Shown here: piece after piece, positions 17,035-27,350 of the stretch
Position numbering within the stretch: position 1 is the stretch's first letter
Layout: each line of letters opens with the position of its first letter
Source of the DNA: a virus
Lineage: Duplodnaviria > Caudoviricetes
IMG/VR virus record: IMGVR_UViG_3300049489_000417
Coordinates: 1-59,183 of that record
Strand: one strand, 5' to 3'
Length of the DNA: 59,183 nt
Notes under the pieces: model-generated
What the model was told of the DNA's origin: nothing
Database searches by the model: none
What the model saw: the letters and a program-made list of their open reading frames with translations, nothing else
Program-made: the position numbers and the translations under genes

Positions 17035-19220
17035 TACACTCTCCTGCTCAGGTCTACCACGGCTACGTGGCTATCATTATGCACGAACGGAGCGTCCTTG
17101 GCGAACGTGAATGTCCAGAACCTACCCTTTAGCCCCTTACCAACCTGAATCTGCCGTTCCTTGTTACTGGCGGCGTCGAAGTCTGCAGATCTGTACTCAT
17201 ACGGGTCGCCCTTGTCAGCGGACACCGTCACGGCAATGTCTCCATCGCCGGTAACAGACGAGTAGATATCCGTCACACGCTTCTGCTGCACGCTGCCGAA
17301 ATCGACGTTACCCGTCGTCCATGAGCATGGGATGGGGGCCGTAGTTGTGTCTATCTGATCACCAGTGTCGATGAGTAGCACGTCTTGCGTGCCGTCGATC
17401 TTACTGACTCCGTCAGGACCGCTCATATACACGCCGTCTGTAAGCCTGGTGTAAGACGTAAAGTCGTAGTTACCGTACTCAGTAACCGCGAACGAGCGAG
17501 TGTTAACTACGTACGTAGCTACGAACGTAGTGCCACTTATCGGCGCGTCCTCGAGCGATGCCTCCAGGCGAGTAAGAGCGGGGGTGATTACGGCATTGAC
17601 ACCACTGACTCCCGCAAGTACGGCCCGGTAGCTGGGCAGCTCCGAGGCGATGCTAGCTTGGTTCACCACCCAGCCGGTAAGGCTAGAGCGCACGCGAGTG
17701 ATGCGCCCAGCTATCGTCGCGCCCACACCGGTAACGGTTCGAATATCGGCGGTCGGTCGCGGGATAGACGCAGAGATACTGACTAACCCGCCAGCCTGGG
17801 ACGTCAACGACGCTGACGTCGTAGTAAGCCTCGCAGAGACAACCGCTGCAGTACCCGACGCGGCAGTTAGTGCACTGCGCAGCACAGGCAGATTAGCCCC
17901 TATTGCATTCGTCGTCGCCGCCAACGCGGCACTAGCTAGCGGTAGCTTGGCCTCGACTTCAGCAGAGAATATGGGCAACATCTCTGCCCGCATATCTGCT
18001 CGTAGTTTATTCAGCTCAGCTACAACGTACGGCGACGGCCCGCCGACGAGGGCGGCTTCGACAGCGGGGATCTCTGCTACGATTTCACCGGTGTTATGCA
18101 GAAGCTCTGCGGGAGCACCTGTGTATGTGTACGGAGTCCATAGCGCGACCAGGCCCAAGACTCTGAACGACGGCTCGGGCTGAAGGAGGCCTGTGATCGC
18201 GTCCCTAAGCTGAAGGTAATCCGGCTCAACAGTACTCGGCCCACCCTGAGCTGGCGCAGGGGCAAACGCTGCGGCGTCCGAGTAATTGGTGAACGACAAA
18301 ACCTTCGTACCCGCGTATTCCAGCCGCGCGTCGGAACCGGTCGCTATAGCGGTATCTGGAACGTCTATAGCAGCCACTAGTTGTGTGGCGAAGTACGAAT
18401 ACACGAGGACTTTTGCGCACGTAAACGCCGACGCTATATTCGCAGACGGTATTGTTATGGTGGTAGTTCGGTACTCTGCTGGGTTACTCCCGACTGTTGT
18501 ACGCGTGCCGGTGCCGTCAGAGATAGCGGTAGTGCCGCTAAAGGCATAGTTAAGCGCGTCTATGTAGGTACTAGAAGAGCTTAAGGCAAACCGATTAGGT
18601 AATCTATAGTCGGCCGGGACCAGTCTGTACAGAACGCTACCGTCTGTGCCGTCCCACAATACCGAAACGTTGTAACTCGCTTCATATACACTCGTCCCGC
18701 CGCTTGGAGCTGTATTAGCTGGGTAAGCACCGCTTGTATACAAGAAAGTACTGAACGGAGTAGCCGTGTAATAACTCGCGTGCCACGCGAGCCCGTCCGG
18801 CCAGCACACGCCGAAATCCTCCGAGCCGGAGTATGTAGAGAGTTGCGAGACACCCTCAAGAAGATCGAAACACGCAAAAAGGTTACCAGTTACGTCGGCG
18901 ACTATGAGGTATGCCGGAACGAAGGACGCACTCGCTGCGCCGACACCCAGCCCGGACACCTTGAACGTCGACCTAGTGTAGTCGGCGTCTAGCGGGTCCA
19001 CCGCCTGGGAATAACTACGCCCAGTAATGGTCGCGCTTACTGTCTCCCCGGTGTACCCAGAGTTAAGCGCCTGGAGTCCTGCCCAGTCTATGGTAGTGGC
19101 GCCATCACTTACATTGTACGACGCGTCCACAAACCAGCCGAATACAGTCGCCGGATTAGTCCAGTACGTGGGGTAGTACGCGCAGTTGTTGCGGCCGTAC
19201 TGATAGACAAAACTGGCCAT
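17034..19220 (-). CDS. virion structural/tail protein
   Basis: 728 aa; C-terminal TEYGNYDF...GKGLKGRFWTF domain typical of podophage tail proteins. Confidence 0.7.
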   Translation of the reverse strand: MASFVYQYGRNNCAYYPTYWTNPATVFGWFVDASYNVSDGATTIDWAGLQALNSGYTGETVSATITGRSYSQAVDPLDADYTRSTFKVSGLGVGAASASFVPAYLIVADVTGNLFACFDLLEGVSQLSTYSGSEDFGVCWPDGLAWHASYYTATPFSTFLYTSGAYPANTAPSGGTSVYEASYNVSVLWDGTDGSVLYRLVPADYRLPNRFALSSSSTYIDALNYAFSGTTAISDGTGTRTTVGSNPAEYRTTTITIPSANIASAFTCAKVLVYSYFATQLVAAIDVPDTAIATGSDARLEYAGTKVLSFTNYSDAAAFAPAPAQGGPSTVEPDYLQLRDAITGLLQPEPSFRVLGLVALWTPYTYTGAPAELLHNTGEIVAEIPAVEAALVGGPSPYVVAELNKLRADMRAEMLPIFSAEVEAKLPLASAALAATTNAIGANLPVLRSALTAASGTAAVVSARLTTTSASLTSQAGGLVSISASIPRPTADIRTVTGVGATIAGRITRVRSSLTGWVVNQASIASELPSYRAVLAGVSGVNAVITPALTRLEASLEDAPISGTTFVATYVVNTRSFAVTEYGNYDFTSYTRLTDGVYMSGPDGVSKIDGTQDVLLIDTGDQIDTTTAPIPCSWTTGNVDFGSVQQKRVTDIYSSVTGDGDIAVTVSADKGDPYEYRSADFDAASNKERQIQVGKGLKGRFWTFTFAKDAPFVHNDSHVAVVDLSRRV

Positions 19221-19222
19221 GG

Positions 19223-19651
19223 TTACAGGTAAAACACGTCGCCGTTAATCCACTGCGTAACCAAATCGAACCCGTTGAGTTCGTGTGGTAGCGGCGAGGG
19301 GCTCGTAATTAGCTCTGAATCAATGCGAACTATAAGCCGCGATGTGCTGGCTACGCCCGTATCTTTGTACACAATAAGGTAGTACGCAAACCCCGAACTA
19401 GGTAAGCCGGTAAACGTGACATTGGAAGCGCGCGCTATTGCATACGAGCTGCTTACTACTGATTTATTCGCCAGCGCAACAGGCGTACCCACGACGCCTG
19501 CTGATATATCAGCGTACGTAGGATCCTGCACGCCTTCACTGGGTGGGGTGGTTGTCCCCAATACAAGGCACACCTTTATAGTGTCCGCGAGGTAGTCTAT
19601 GTCACCAGTAAGGAACTCCGCGCGCGCTTTACCGTACGTGAAGTTAGCCAT
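19223..19651 (-). CDS. small virion structural protein (fibre/collar-type)
   Basis: MANFTY...IDYLADTIKVCLV...LIVYKDTG motif; related to 27351-27773. Confidence 0.75.
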   Translation of the reverse strand: MANFTYGKARAEFLTGDIDYLADTIKVCLVLGTTTPPSEGVQDPTYADISAGVVGTPVALANKSVVSSSYAIARASNVTFTGLPSSGFAYYLIVYKDTGVASTSRLIVRIDSELITSPSPLPHELNGFDLVTQWINGDVFYL

Positions 19652-19655
19652 TTAC

Positions 19656-20120
19656 TTACACCGAACCCTGCGGCAGCGTGAACGAGCCGGCCGTGACGAG
19701 GAACGGAGCGCCGCTGACGATGGAGGTAGAGCCGACGTTCATATCACCACCGCTGGTAGCAATCGAACCGTCGAACCGATGCAGCGTAGTGCTGGTGATC
19801 GTGGCGTCTTCACTGAAGCGTGAGACACGGAACCACACAGCAGTGCCGGTAGCTGCGGCAGTACCCGACCAGGTCTCAGCTGGATCTTTGAGGAGCACAC
19901 CTGCTGTCGCCGTAGCGTCGAACGTGAGCGGGAGACCGCCAGCCGCGGTGATCGTAACCAGCGGAGTTCCACCCGGGGCGGTGTCTGCAGACGCGGGGCG
20001 AGTTGTTGAGTAGACAGTGATCTTGAACCCGCTACCACCGGAAACGTCTTCAAGCAGCGTCTTGAACGACCCAGCAGTCATGAGGTCGTTGACCAGCTTA
20101 GTTGAGAGAGTCAGCGCCAT
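19656..20120 (-). CDS. virion structural protein
   Basis: RPASAD...ATGTAVWFR...DGSIATSGGDM conserved phage structural motif; GGAG RBS. Confidence 0.8.
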   Translation of the reverse strand: MALTLSTKLVNDLMTAGSFKTLLEDVSGGSGFKITVYSTTRPASADTAPGGTPLVTITAAGGLPLTFDATATAGVLLKDPAETWSGTAAATGTAVWFRVSRFSEDATITSTTLHRFDGSIATSGGDMNVGSTSIVSGAPFLVTAGSFTLPQGSV

Positions 20121-20129
20121 GATTACTCC

Positions 20130-21293
20130 TTACGTGAATATGGATACCGCAAATTGTGACGCAGTCTGCGTCTTTTTGAACACCGCTGCTCCGATTCTAC
20201 CTTGTTTAGGTACGTAGCGCGACCCTGTAACATTCTTGAGATTACCACCATTAGTACCTAAACACACCCCGTTGTTGGTTGCCCACATAACGGCGGTGCC
20301 GGACACCCCTTCCTTACCTACCATGCTACTGTCCACAACTGAGTCTGACCAGGCTACGGCGCCGTAATTAGCCACCTCGTTGAAGCTAGCCGTAGCTGGG
20401 TCCCGCCCAGCGAGGAAGTACGTACGTGAGTCCGTGGCTATGAAGATCCCGTCATCTACCGGGACCGCCATGCGGACTCTCGCTGGCATCGTAGCGTAGC
20501 CGTTGGCCTTGTCAAACAAGCCATATTGGTACGGCTGCGAGAACAGCAGAAATCGGTCGCGAACGACCCAAATCCGGCCGGCGAAGTAAAACACCTTGCT
20601 GCCGTAGGGGGCTGGGCCCATTCGTAGATTAGGCACCGCCCTGGAAGTAACCACAGGCTCAGTTATGATCTCAGTGCCACCAGACGGCGAGTAGCGCCCG
20701 TAAAAGTAAGGGACAGCGCCGCTAGTGTCAGAGATGTACAGATCGAGGTAATCCGCGGCAACGACTGGAAGTTCTACCTGGATACCGGCGTTAGCCGCTA
20801 CAGTGATGGCGGCGTAGGGTGCAGCCCCGGACTCCTCTACCCCGCGAACGGCGACGGATGAGACAAGATAGGTGCCTTCGCGCAAAGAGCCACTGACTTC
20901 TGACAGTACCGCCTGCTTAGGTGTATCCAAGCCCCACGTTTCCACGGTCATGCCGCGGAGGACCCCCGTGATGACGCCGTCAGTCCAGTACAGCGCGCCC
21001 TCTACCTCTACGGCACTGAGCTTCGAGCCGACGATGGCCCCTGGGGCCAGGACAACGGACGAACCGTCGTCGAAGACTTCGCAGAGGTCCTGATCGACGA
21101 CGCCGATCAAGCGATCTCCATACGAGGTGACGCTGTGCGCCTGCCCAGGCAGGATCGTGCGAGTGCCGTCTCTGCTGGACAGCGTGCCTTCGTCGTCCAG
21201 ATCCACGTTAAGTGTAGCGGCGAGGTCCTTCTCCGTGAACTTCTCGGCTGGTACGTCGTTGCGCATACCCAGGAACTTACCGAACTTCTTCAT
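20130..21293 (-). CDS. tail tube/nozzle-like structural protein
   Basis: Likely start MKKFGKFLGMRND at 21293 coupled to endolysin stop; beta-propeller-like pattern (NVDLDDEG.LSSRDG). Confidence 0.7.
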   Translation of the reverse strand: MKKFGKFLGMRNDVPAEKFTEKDLAATLNVDLDDEGTLSSRDGTRTILPGQAHSVTSYGDRLIGVVDQDLCEVFDDGSSVVLAPGAIVGSKLSAVEVEGALYWTDGVITGVLRGMTVETWGLDTPKQAVLSEVSGSLREGTYLVSSVAVRGVEESGAAPYAAITVAANAGIQVELPVVAADYLDLYISDTSGAVPYFYGRYSPSGGTEIITEPVVTSRAVPNLRMGPAPYGSKVFYFAGRIWVVRDRFLLFSQPYQYGLFDKANGYATMPARVRMAVPVDDGIFIATDSRTYFLAGRDPATASFNEVANYGAVAWSDSVVDSSMVGKEGVSGTAVMWATNNGVCLGTNGGNLKNVTGSRYVPKQGRIGAAVFKKTQTASQFAVSIFT

Positions 21294-21619
21294 TACGCTC
21301 TCCGTTCGAAGTGAGGGCCATCCTTGAAGCTGGTCCAGTTGCCTCCCCACGAGTTCTTCGGATCCAGAGATTCCCAGAAGTCGCCGAGCTCCTGCGGGTA
21401 GCAGATCTGCCCATCCTTGAAGAAGTGAACGTCCGCGGCGCACTTCTTCAAGTGCCGGCTGTCCATCGTCTTGCTGCGTCCAGTATCGAAATAAATCTTC
21501 TGCATCGCCAGCGGGCGCTCGACCTCACCGATCCGACATTTGTACCCCTGCGCCATCGCAAAGGACAGCAGTTGAACGAAGTCCTCCGCAAAGCGTTCCT
21601 GATGCTCTCCGAGCGTCAT
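21293..21619 (-). CDS. endolysin, M15-family (L-Ala-D-Glu-type) peptidase
   Basis: SRHLKKCAAD, WGGNW, DGPHFE Zn-peptidase motifs. Confidence 0.9.
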   Translation of the reverse strand: MTLGEHQERFAEDFVQLLSFAMAQGYKCRIGEVERPLAMQKIYFDTGRSKTMDSRHLKKCAADVHFFKDGQICYPQELGDFWESLDPKNSWGGNWTSFKDGPHFERRA

Positions 21620-22146
21620 TTGCCCAGCTCCTTCACCATCGCGGCAATCGAGTCATCTTTCGCCTTGTTTTGGCGGCTAGAACCGAAGAAGAAGTAGACA
21701 ACAGTAGACACGAGCGTACCGAGGACGAAACCTAGCACCGTGTCCACGAAGCGCAGATTCGACTCTGGGATCGGCATGAAAGTAACTGCGGTGATGTAGA
21801 CGCCGGAGAACAGCAGAATACCGATGGCTGCGTAGTAGATAAACCGCTTGGCGAAGACGTCAGCCTGACCGAGAGCGACCTCCTGCATGTGTCGCGCCTT
21901 AGCCACGTCGTCAAGGTAGATGCGGGTTTCTTCAATGTCCAACTTGCGGTTCTCCAGGGCCCACTTACGGAGGCTCTCCTCGTTGTCAAACTCGATCTGC
22001 TTCAACTTCAGCGCGTCTTCATCGCTCATGTCGGGCTTGAGCTTCACGCCGAGTTTTTCCTCGACAAACTCCTGCCCCTTCTTAGAAACGGCGTCGTAAA
22101 TGAGATTGAGGCCTTTCGAGGCCAGGGCTGCGAGAATCGGTGCCAT
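21616..22146 (-). CDS. holin-like membrane protein
   Basis: Two C-terminal TM helices, YFFFGSS motif, directly upstream of endolysin. Confidence 0.75.
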   Translation of the reverse strand: MAPILAALASKGLNLIYDAVSKKGQEFVEEKLGVKLKPDMSDEDALKLKQIEFDNEESLRKWALENRKLDIEETRIYLDDVAKARHMQEVALGQADVFAKRFIYYAAIGILLFSGVYITAVTFMPIPESNLRFVDTVLGFVLGTLVSTVVYFFFGSSRQNKAKDDSIAAMVKELGK

Positions 22147-22346
22147 TATTGATACTCCGAATACAATTTGTCTTTGGGGTCAAACATCTTCATCGTCGGG
22201 CCGCAGTCTGACAGCTCGTGCCGCATGTACTTCGCAGGTTTTGGTAGTCGCATGGCCAAGCACTGAATCTCTCCATACGCCTTCACGTGGTGGAAACACT
22301 CCGTACAGCCCTCAATGCTTACTACGTTCGATTCGTTCGATGTCAC
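22146..22346 (-). CDS. small Cys-rich hypothetical protein
   Basis: CTECFH...C...CGP; fills the gap and its stop is coupled to the holin start. Confidence 0.5.
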   Translation of the reverse strand: MTSNESNVVSIEGCTECFHHVKAYGEIQCLAMRLPKPAKYMRHELSDCGPTMKMFDPKDKLYSEYQ

Positions 22347-22683
22347 GCCTGTAATCCTTTTCCAGCTCCCCGTGGGACTGAATCAATTTCTCGATAGCCG
22401 TACCTTGTTTGTACAGGATTTCTTGCATACCTTTGATAGTTTCCCTGTCCGCGTTGTAGATGAACAGGAGAGTCATCAAGAGAAACCCTAGTACACCGCC
22501 GGACCCTATAACCGCCCAGTACATCTTCTTTAGCGGCTGAAGATCGCTTTCAATGGCGTCTAATCGATTAGCGTCCATTTTTTCTCGGAGCTCCTCTTTC
22601 AGCATATGGTTGTTAAGCCGCTGCCAAAACTCTGTATCTACACTGGTAGGCCAGTTTTGTCGACGCTCTTCACTCATCAGCAT
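22312..22683 (-). CDS. single-pass membrane protein (lysis region)
   Basis: One TM segment flanked by coiled coils. Confidence 0.7.
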   Translation of the reverse strand: MLMSEERRQNWPTSVDTEFWQRLNNHMLKEELREKMDANRLDAIESDLQPLKKMYWAVIGSGGVLGFLLMTLLFIYNADRETIKGMQEILYKQGTAIEKLIQSHGELEKDYRRDIERIERSKH

Positions 22684-22891
22684 AGTCCTTAGGTAGGTGG
22701 CGGCGCAAGCGCTCGGACATATACGCCATTTTACAATGGTCGTCTTGCCAGAAGAAGAGGAAATTAATGACTTTTCGCCGCCAATCTTGCTTTCTGTGTG
22801 AATAAGCGCTCAGCGTCTCGTCAGGCTTGCCACCTAGGAGAGCGTTGGCGAGCTGATCGACCGCTATCAGGACGTTGGTTATATAGCCCAT
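22670..22891 (-). CDS. conserved small phage protein
   Basis: IAVDQLANALLGG.PDETLSA...FFWQDDHC motif. Confidence 0.85.
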   Translation of the reverse strand: MGYITNVLIAVDQLANALLGGKPDETLSAYSHRKQDWRRKVINFLFFWQDDHCKMAYMSERLRRHLPKDYADE

Positions 22892-23247
22892 AGCTCAGTC
22901 TGCCTGCGCCCAGCCATCAACAGGGCTGTAGTGAGCTCGAGCGTACTAACCAAGGCTGTCTCGTTAGTCGCTAAAGTCCAAGGCACTTCGATGATGCCCG
23001 CGGCGTTCATAGCCACCAAGGCTCTTGCCATACGTGTTTGCGAGACTTCGTCGCCGTCGAACTGTTTGCCGTTTACCTCGACGACGATAGCCTCGACGGC
23101 AGTCTCACGCGCGGCTTTTTTCTCCTCGCGTGTGGTGGGTACCGGCGTGCCTCCGATCTCGTACCAACCTTCGCCTGGGGGATTCGTAAAATACTGTTGC
23201 CGGAGAATCGTATCTCCGTCGCGCAACTCGTAGAGCTTAGTCGTCAT
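22879..23247 (-). CDS. DUF4376-like tail fibre assembly protein
   Basis: FDGDEVSQTRMARA...WTLATN motif. Confidence 0.85.
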   Translation of the reverse strand: MTTKLYELRDGDTILRQQYFTNPPGEGWYEIGGTPVPTTREEKKAARETAVEAIVVEVNGKQFDGDEVSQTRMARALVAMNAAGIIEVPWTLATNETALVSTLELTTALLMAGRRQTELWAI

Positions 23248-25697
23248 AGCGTGTTCACCTGTCTAAAGTCAGTGCCATCCCAGTACTTGACGAGCACCGG
23301 CTGGTCAGTACTGGCCAGCTTCGGCGCTGCCATGGCCCAGCCAGAGCCTGTCCAAACCCACATGGTGCCGAAGGCACCAACGTTCATTGTAGTCTCGTAG
23401 CCTGTAAGAGTCAGCCCCCCAGACTGGCCGTCCACATGCAGGGCGCGGTACATACTGACCGGCGCACCGATAACCGCACCTGTGTACGGATCTGCCGGCA
23501 CTACCCGGGAACGACCAGACTGGGCATCGACGCCCGTCGTAGCATAACCATCCGGCCCCGCAACCATAGACACACCACGCTGCATGGTGCCTGCCACACC
23601 CGAGAAATTGAGCGTGCCTGGAGAAGCGATAACGAGGCGCTGCGAAGTCGTTGTAGCCGAGAACCCAGAGACCGTAACTGTAGTGGGCGCTGCAACAACG
23701 GCCTTTGTACTCGTAGCAAACGAAGCCACCCCGAACTTGTTATACGCGCCAAGGGCGGCGTTCATCACTACGCCTTTGTCGAAAGTTACGTCGGTTCCCG
23801 TAAACGCTACTGCGGAGGGAGCTGCATTGACGTACGTAGCACGGACCGTAGTAGCGGGGGCACCCGCTACCACGAAGCTGCCGCCCGAGGCTATGACCGA
23901 AACACCGCGCAGGAAGTTGTTCGCTACGCCGGTAGCTGCGTACGTAGTCGGCGCGGCGTTGACCGCGCGACCTGTGAGCGTCTGAGCCGCTGCGCCGGTA
24001 ACTGAGAGCGCCGTCGGATCCGCGAGCGTAGCCCTGCCAAGTAGCGCGGTACTTAGTACGCCGGTTATGGCATACGCGTCTGAGTCGGCTGTGAAGTTGC
24101 TAGCCCTAGCCACAATCGCCGGTGATCCGGAGACAGCGAGCACACCGGAGTCAGCCACGAGCACTGGGTTGGGTTGGTCGGGTACAAGCTCGGCGTTGTT
24201 ACCAGTCGCGTCGTAGGTAGTCGGAGCCAATACTAGTACCCGCTCGTTGGTCGTAGTCGCCGCGGCGCCTGTAAGAGCGTAGGCATCCGGAGCTGCGTTA
24301 ACCTCAAACGTAGCCTGCGTAGTCGCTGCAGCTCCAGTAAGCACGTACACATCTGGCGCAGCTACCAAGGACTTGGAGAGCTGGTACTCGCTAGCCGCGC
24401 CGGTGAGTGCGTACGAGCTGGGGGCCGCGTCTACGGACTTCCCGCGTACGGTCGTAGCGGCCACGCCGCCTACTGAGTAGGAGCTGGCTACGGCATTGAC
24501 GTAATAGCCTTTGAGAGTCTGAGCTGCGGCGCCGGTAGCCGCCAGGGCAGTTGGGTCGGCCTTTACAAGATAGTTCAGATCCAGCTCTGCGCCACCGAAA
24601 CCTGGCTCATACCAACCGGCGTTGAACCCCGACGGAACAGTATAGGTGAACGCTTCCTGGCCCGTATTGAGCGTGACGTTAGTATTCCCATAATACTGCC
24701 GCCCGGCAATACACATGTCTGTGATAGCCGTGGTCCACAGAATAGTGTTATTCGTGCCTGCTGCAGGGTCGCCGATCCACCCTACGTTGTCACCGATCCA
24801 CGCCTTCTTCGCGTCCATGTCAATGGCTACTCGGAACACTGTACCGACGGAACTAGTAAACGGCCGCAAGAGAAACGCAGGATCCTGCGTTGTCAGGTTA
24901 GAGCTAGCGTACCTAGTGGGGTTGTTGGTAACTAGTACTGTATTTGCCACCGAGCCTGGGTAGGTGTTCAGTACGTTCGCTGCCGCGCTAGCGAGTGCAA
25001 ACAAACCATCGTCGGAACCGATGTTATTAAGTCCCCAAGTAAACTCGTAGTACCACTTACCAGTGGATTTAGGTAGCGTCGCGCGTAAGGAGACGTTAGT
25101 GCCGCTGGCTGGCTTCGCCGCGGTGCGGTTACCGTTCGACAGCGTGTACGAAGCGTGCTTATCTAGCGGGTTCCACGTCGCGAACGTCGTAGTCGCCCCG
25201 CTACTGTACACATATGCACCTGGCTCGAAGTTAACGACGTATCCGCGCGCAGTTATCGCCGCCGCACCTGTGTAGGCGACGCTAGTGCTGGCGGCGTTTA
25301 CCTGCGCCTCGCGCTTGACGTCGACCGGCTGGGCTGTGATGTTATACGCCGCGGGAGAGGCGACGAGCGCTTTACCTAGCGCGTACTCGGATACCTCGCC
25401 AGTGAGCGTGAGGGCCCCAGATTCAGCTATGACAGTTCGCCCATAAAGCGTCTGCGCGCCCGCGCCAGTGGTGGCGTAGCTGGTGGGGGCGTTGTTACGT
25501 TCGAGAGTTAGCCCAGTAAGAACGCCTGTCGTTACGTACGTAGCCGGCTCGGCGTTAAATGAATACGCCTGCGCTGTCGGGGGGAATAGCCACTTCTCCC
25601 AGACCGTCTTTTCAGTAGTGTCGGCGTCGGCACTACTAGCCGTGTTCGGCTGGTGGTACCCGAATGTCGTTAGCCACGCTCCTATTACTTTCGCCAC
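23244..25697 (-). CDS. tail fibre protein with SPRY/B30.2-like domain and ~30-aa repeats
   Basis: TWNPLDK...LSNGN...GKWYYEF...AIDMDAKKAW...NTGQEAFTYTVPSGF inserted among A.P..YA.TG.A repeats. Confidence 0.8.
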   Translation of the reverse strand: MAKVIGAWLTTFGYHQPNTASSADADTTEKTVWEKWLFPPTAQAYSFNAEPATYVTTGVLTGLTLERNNAPTSYATTGAGAQTLYGRTVIAESGALTLTGEVSEYALGKALVASPAAYNITAQPVDVKREAQVNAASTSVAYTGAAAITARGYVVNFEPGAYVYSSGATTTFATWNPLDKHASYTLSNGNRTAAKPASGTNVSLRATLPKSTGKWYYEFTWGLNNIGSDDGLFALASAAANVLNTYPGSVANTVLVTNNPTRYASSNLTTQDPAFLLRPFTSSVGTVFRVAIDMDAKKAWIGDNVGWIGDPAAGTNNTILWTTAITDMCIAGRQYYGNTNVTLNTGQEAFTYTVPSGFNAGWYEPGFGGAELDLNYLVKADPTALAATGAAAQTLKGYYVNAVASSYSVGGVAATTVRGKSVDAAPSSYALTGAASEYQLSKSLVAAPDVYVLTGAAATTQATFEVNAAPDAYALTGAAATTTNERVLVLAPTTYDATGNNAELVPDQPNPVLVADSGVLAVSGSPAIVARASNFTADSDAYAITGVLSTALLGRATLADPTALSVTGAAAQTLTGRAVNAAPTTYAATGVANNFLRGVSVIASGGSFVVAGAPATTVRATYVNAAPSAVAFTGTDVTFDKGVVMNAALGAYNKFGVASFATSTKAVVAAPTTVTVSGFSATTTSQRLVIASPGTLNFSGVAGTMQRGVSMVAGPDGYATTGVDAQSGRSRVVPADPYTGAVIGAPVSMYRALHVDGQSGGLTLTGYETTMNVGAFGTMWVWTGSGWAMAAPKLASTDQPVLVKYWDGTDFRQVNTL

Positions 25698-25700
25698 GAC

Positions 25701-26504
25701 TTACCCCTGAGTGTACGAAACTCCGCCGGTTATGTTACTCGTTGTACTAGTACCGGGGATGAAGAAGACGAACGGCACGGAGTTGTCGTACATGCGCGGC
25801 AGACCACCAGTAATCGCGTCAATCGCTGCAGGGTAACCCGATGACCCCATAGCGATACGAGCAAGTTCGCGGTATGCCACGAGGTGCATGGTGCCAGAGG
25901 TCCACGTAGCAGAGAGCGTGAGGGTCTGCACAGACCTCACACCCACGTCGCCGGCTGCTAAACCGATTGGGTAGAACGTACCCGCGATAGACGATGCGAC
26001 GGTGGCGTTTATATTAGTGCCGCTCTTTCCTGCCGTCCCGGCGCTGTTCGTGTAAGACACGGTGATAGTGGGTGTGCCCGAACCAGTAGTGCTGCTGATC
26101 TCCACACCGAGGTACACGCCGGCTCCGTTAGTAGAACCGTCGCGGTCGCGCGCCGGCCAAGCAACAGAGTTGATCGTTTGCGCGCCGGTGGAGGTAATCG
26201 TGAAGCCCGAGTTGTGCCAGAGCCTGTCGGCTATTACGATCACACCCCCGACTGTTGCGGCGAACGTTGCGTTTGCGAGGTAAGTATTACCTGCCCCGGG
26301 ATTAGCGAAGGGAATCTGACCAGCGTACGTAGTCAGCGCCGCGCCTGCTAGGCCTGGCGTGGGGGCAACTGCCGCTCCGGGGATACCCGCTAGGTAGAAC
26401 GTGGAGTGCGGTCGACCGGTAACCATCGTACCCGTGAGTGCCTTTGCAAACGTATGCGGAGGGAGCATGCCCGCGAGGACACCGTCTAGTGTAGTAATTG
26501 CCAT
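25701..26504 (-). CDS. virion structural protein (paralog A)
   Basis: 267 aa; DRLWHN...TVSYTN..G...GLAAGDVGVRSVQ. Confidence 0.8.
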   Translation of the reverse strand: MAITTLDGVLAGMLPPHTFAKALTGTMVTGRPHSTFYLAGIPGAAVAPTPGLAGAALTTYAGQIPFANPGAGNTYLANATFAATVGGVIVIADRLWHNSGFTITSTGAQTINSVAWPARDRDGSTNGAGVYLGVEISSTTGSGTPTITVSYTNSAGTAGKSGTNINATVASSIAGTFYPIGLAAGDVGVRSVQTLTLSATWTSGTMHLVAYRELARIAMGSSGYPAAIDAITGGLPRMYDNSVPFVFFIPGTSTTSNITGGVSYTQG

Positions 26505-26508
26505 ATTG

Positions 26509-27345
26509 TCACCCTATAGCTGAATAGACCGACATGAAAGTCGCTGGATTGTTAACGCCAGACCCGAGGCATATAACTTCGACGCACGCGTTTGCGTCGA
26601 TAGCGTCCCTGCCAACGAGGTGCAGAGCCGAAGCCGTAAGGCGCGCACCGCCGTACCTACCTTCAGGTCGGCGAAACGGGATAATCGTAAGTGGCCTGTA
26701 CGCCATTAGCCCAAAAGAGTTGCTCGGTGTCGAGAGCACTGTACACGATTGGACTGAAGTCACCGCCGTGTCGGTACCCTGTAGCGCAATCGGAAAAAAC
26801 CTCCCGGTCGTCGCGGAGGTATATGGTTGATATGGGGTAGCAATGGTCGTTCTACCGGGGGTCCCAGCTTCGTTAGTGTACGAGACCGTAAGAGTGTAGG
26901 CTGTTGTCGCGTTGGACTGCATGTAAACACCAAGCTGACATTTCAGCGAGCTACGCCACGCCGTGTGGCTTATGACCTGGGGGGTGCCGACAGTGGAACC
27001 TAACGTGTTCCTCCACACGGTATCTATAACCATGTACGTCTTATACGCCGGAAGACTAGCGGAGTTGTCGTACGCGCATGTAGCGCCGACTATATACGCA
27101 CTCGACGCTCCAAAGGACCTCAGCGTGCGTAAGTCGCCCGCATGTGGCGTAGCAGAACCTAGCACCGCCCCATTCAGGGTGTCAGTACCTGGTTCCTGGG
27201 TAGTAGTTTTTGTTGGGGGGGCCGTAATGCCGCTATTCACGAACTGCATCAAGGTCATGGCGTGCCCGGGCTCGCCTCCACCTTTAACGCATATCGCTGG
27301 CGGGCCGAGGCCCGCCAGCACGCCGGCTACCGTAGTGATAGCCAC
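26509..27345 (-). CDS. virion structural protein (paralog B of 25701-26504)
   Basis: Probable GTG start at 27345 (VAITTVAGVLAG vs MAITTLDGVLAG); shares TVSYTN.AGT.G and SVQ motifs. Confidence 0.75.
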   Translation of the reverse strand: MAITTVAGVLAGLGPPAICVKGGGEPGHAMTLMQFVNSGITAPPTKTTTQEPGTDTLNGAVLGSATPHAGDLRTLRSFGASSAYIVGATCAYDNSASLPAYKTYMVIDTVWRNTLGSTVGTPQVISHTAWRSSLKCQLGVYMQSNATTAYTLTVSYTNEAGTPGRTTIATPYQPYTSATTGRFFPIALQGTDTAVTSVQSCTVLSTPSNSFGLMAYRPLTIIPFRRPEGRYGGARLTASALHLVGRDAIDANACVEVICLGSGVNNPATFMSVYSAIG

Positions 27346-27350
27346 AACAA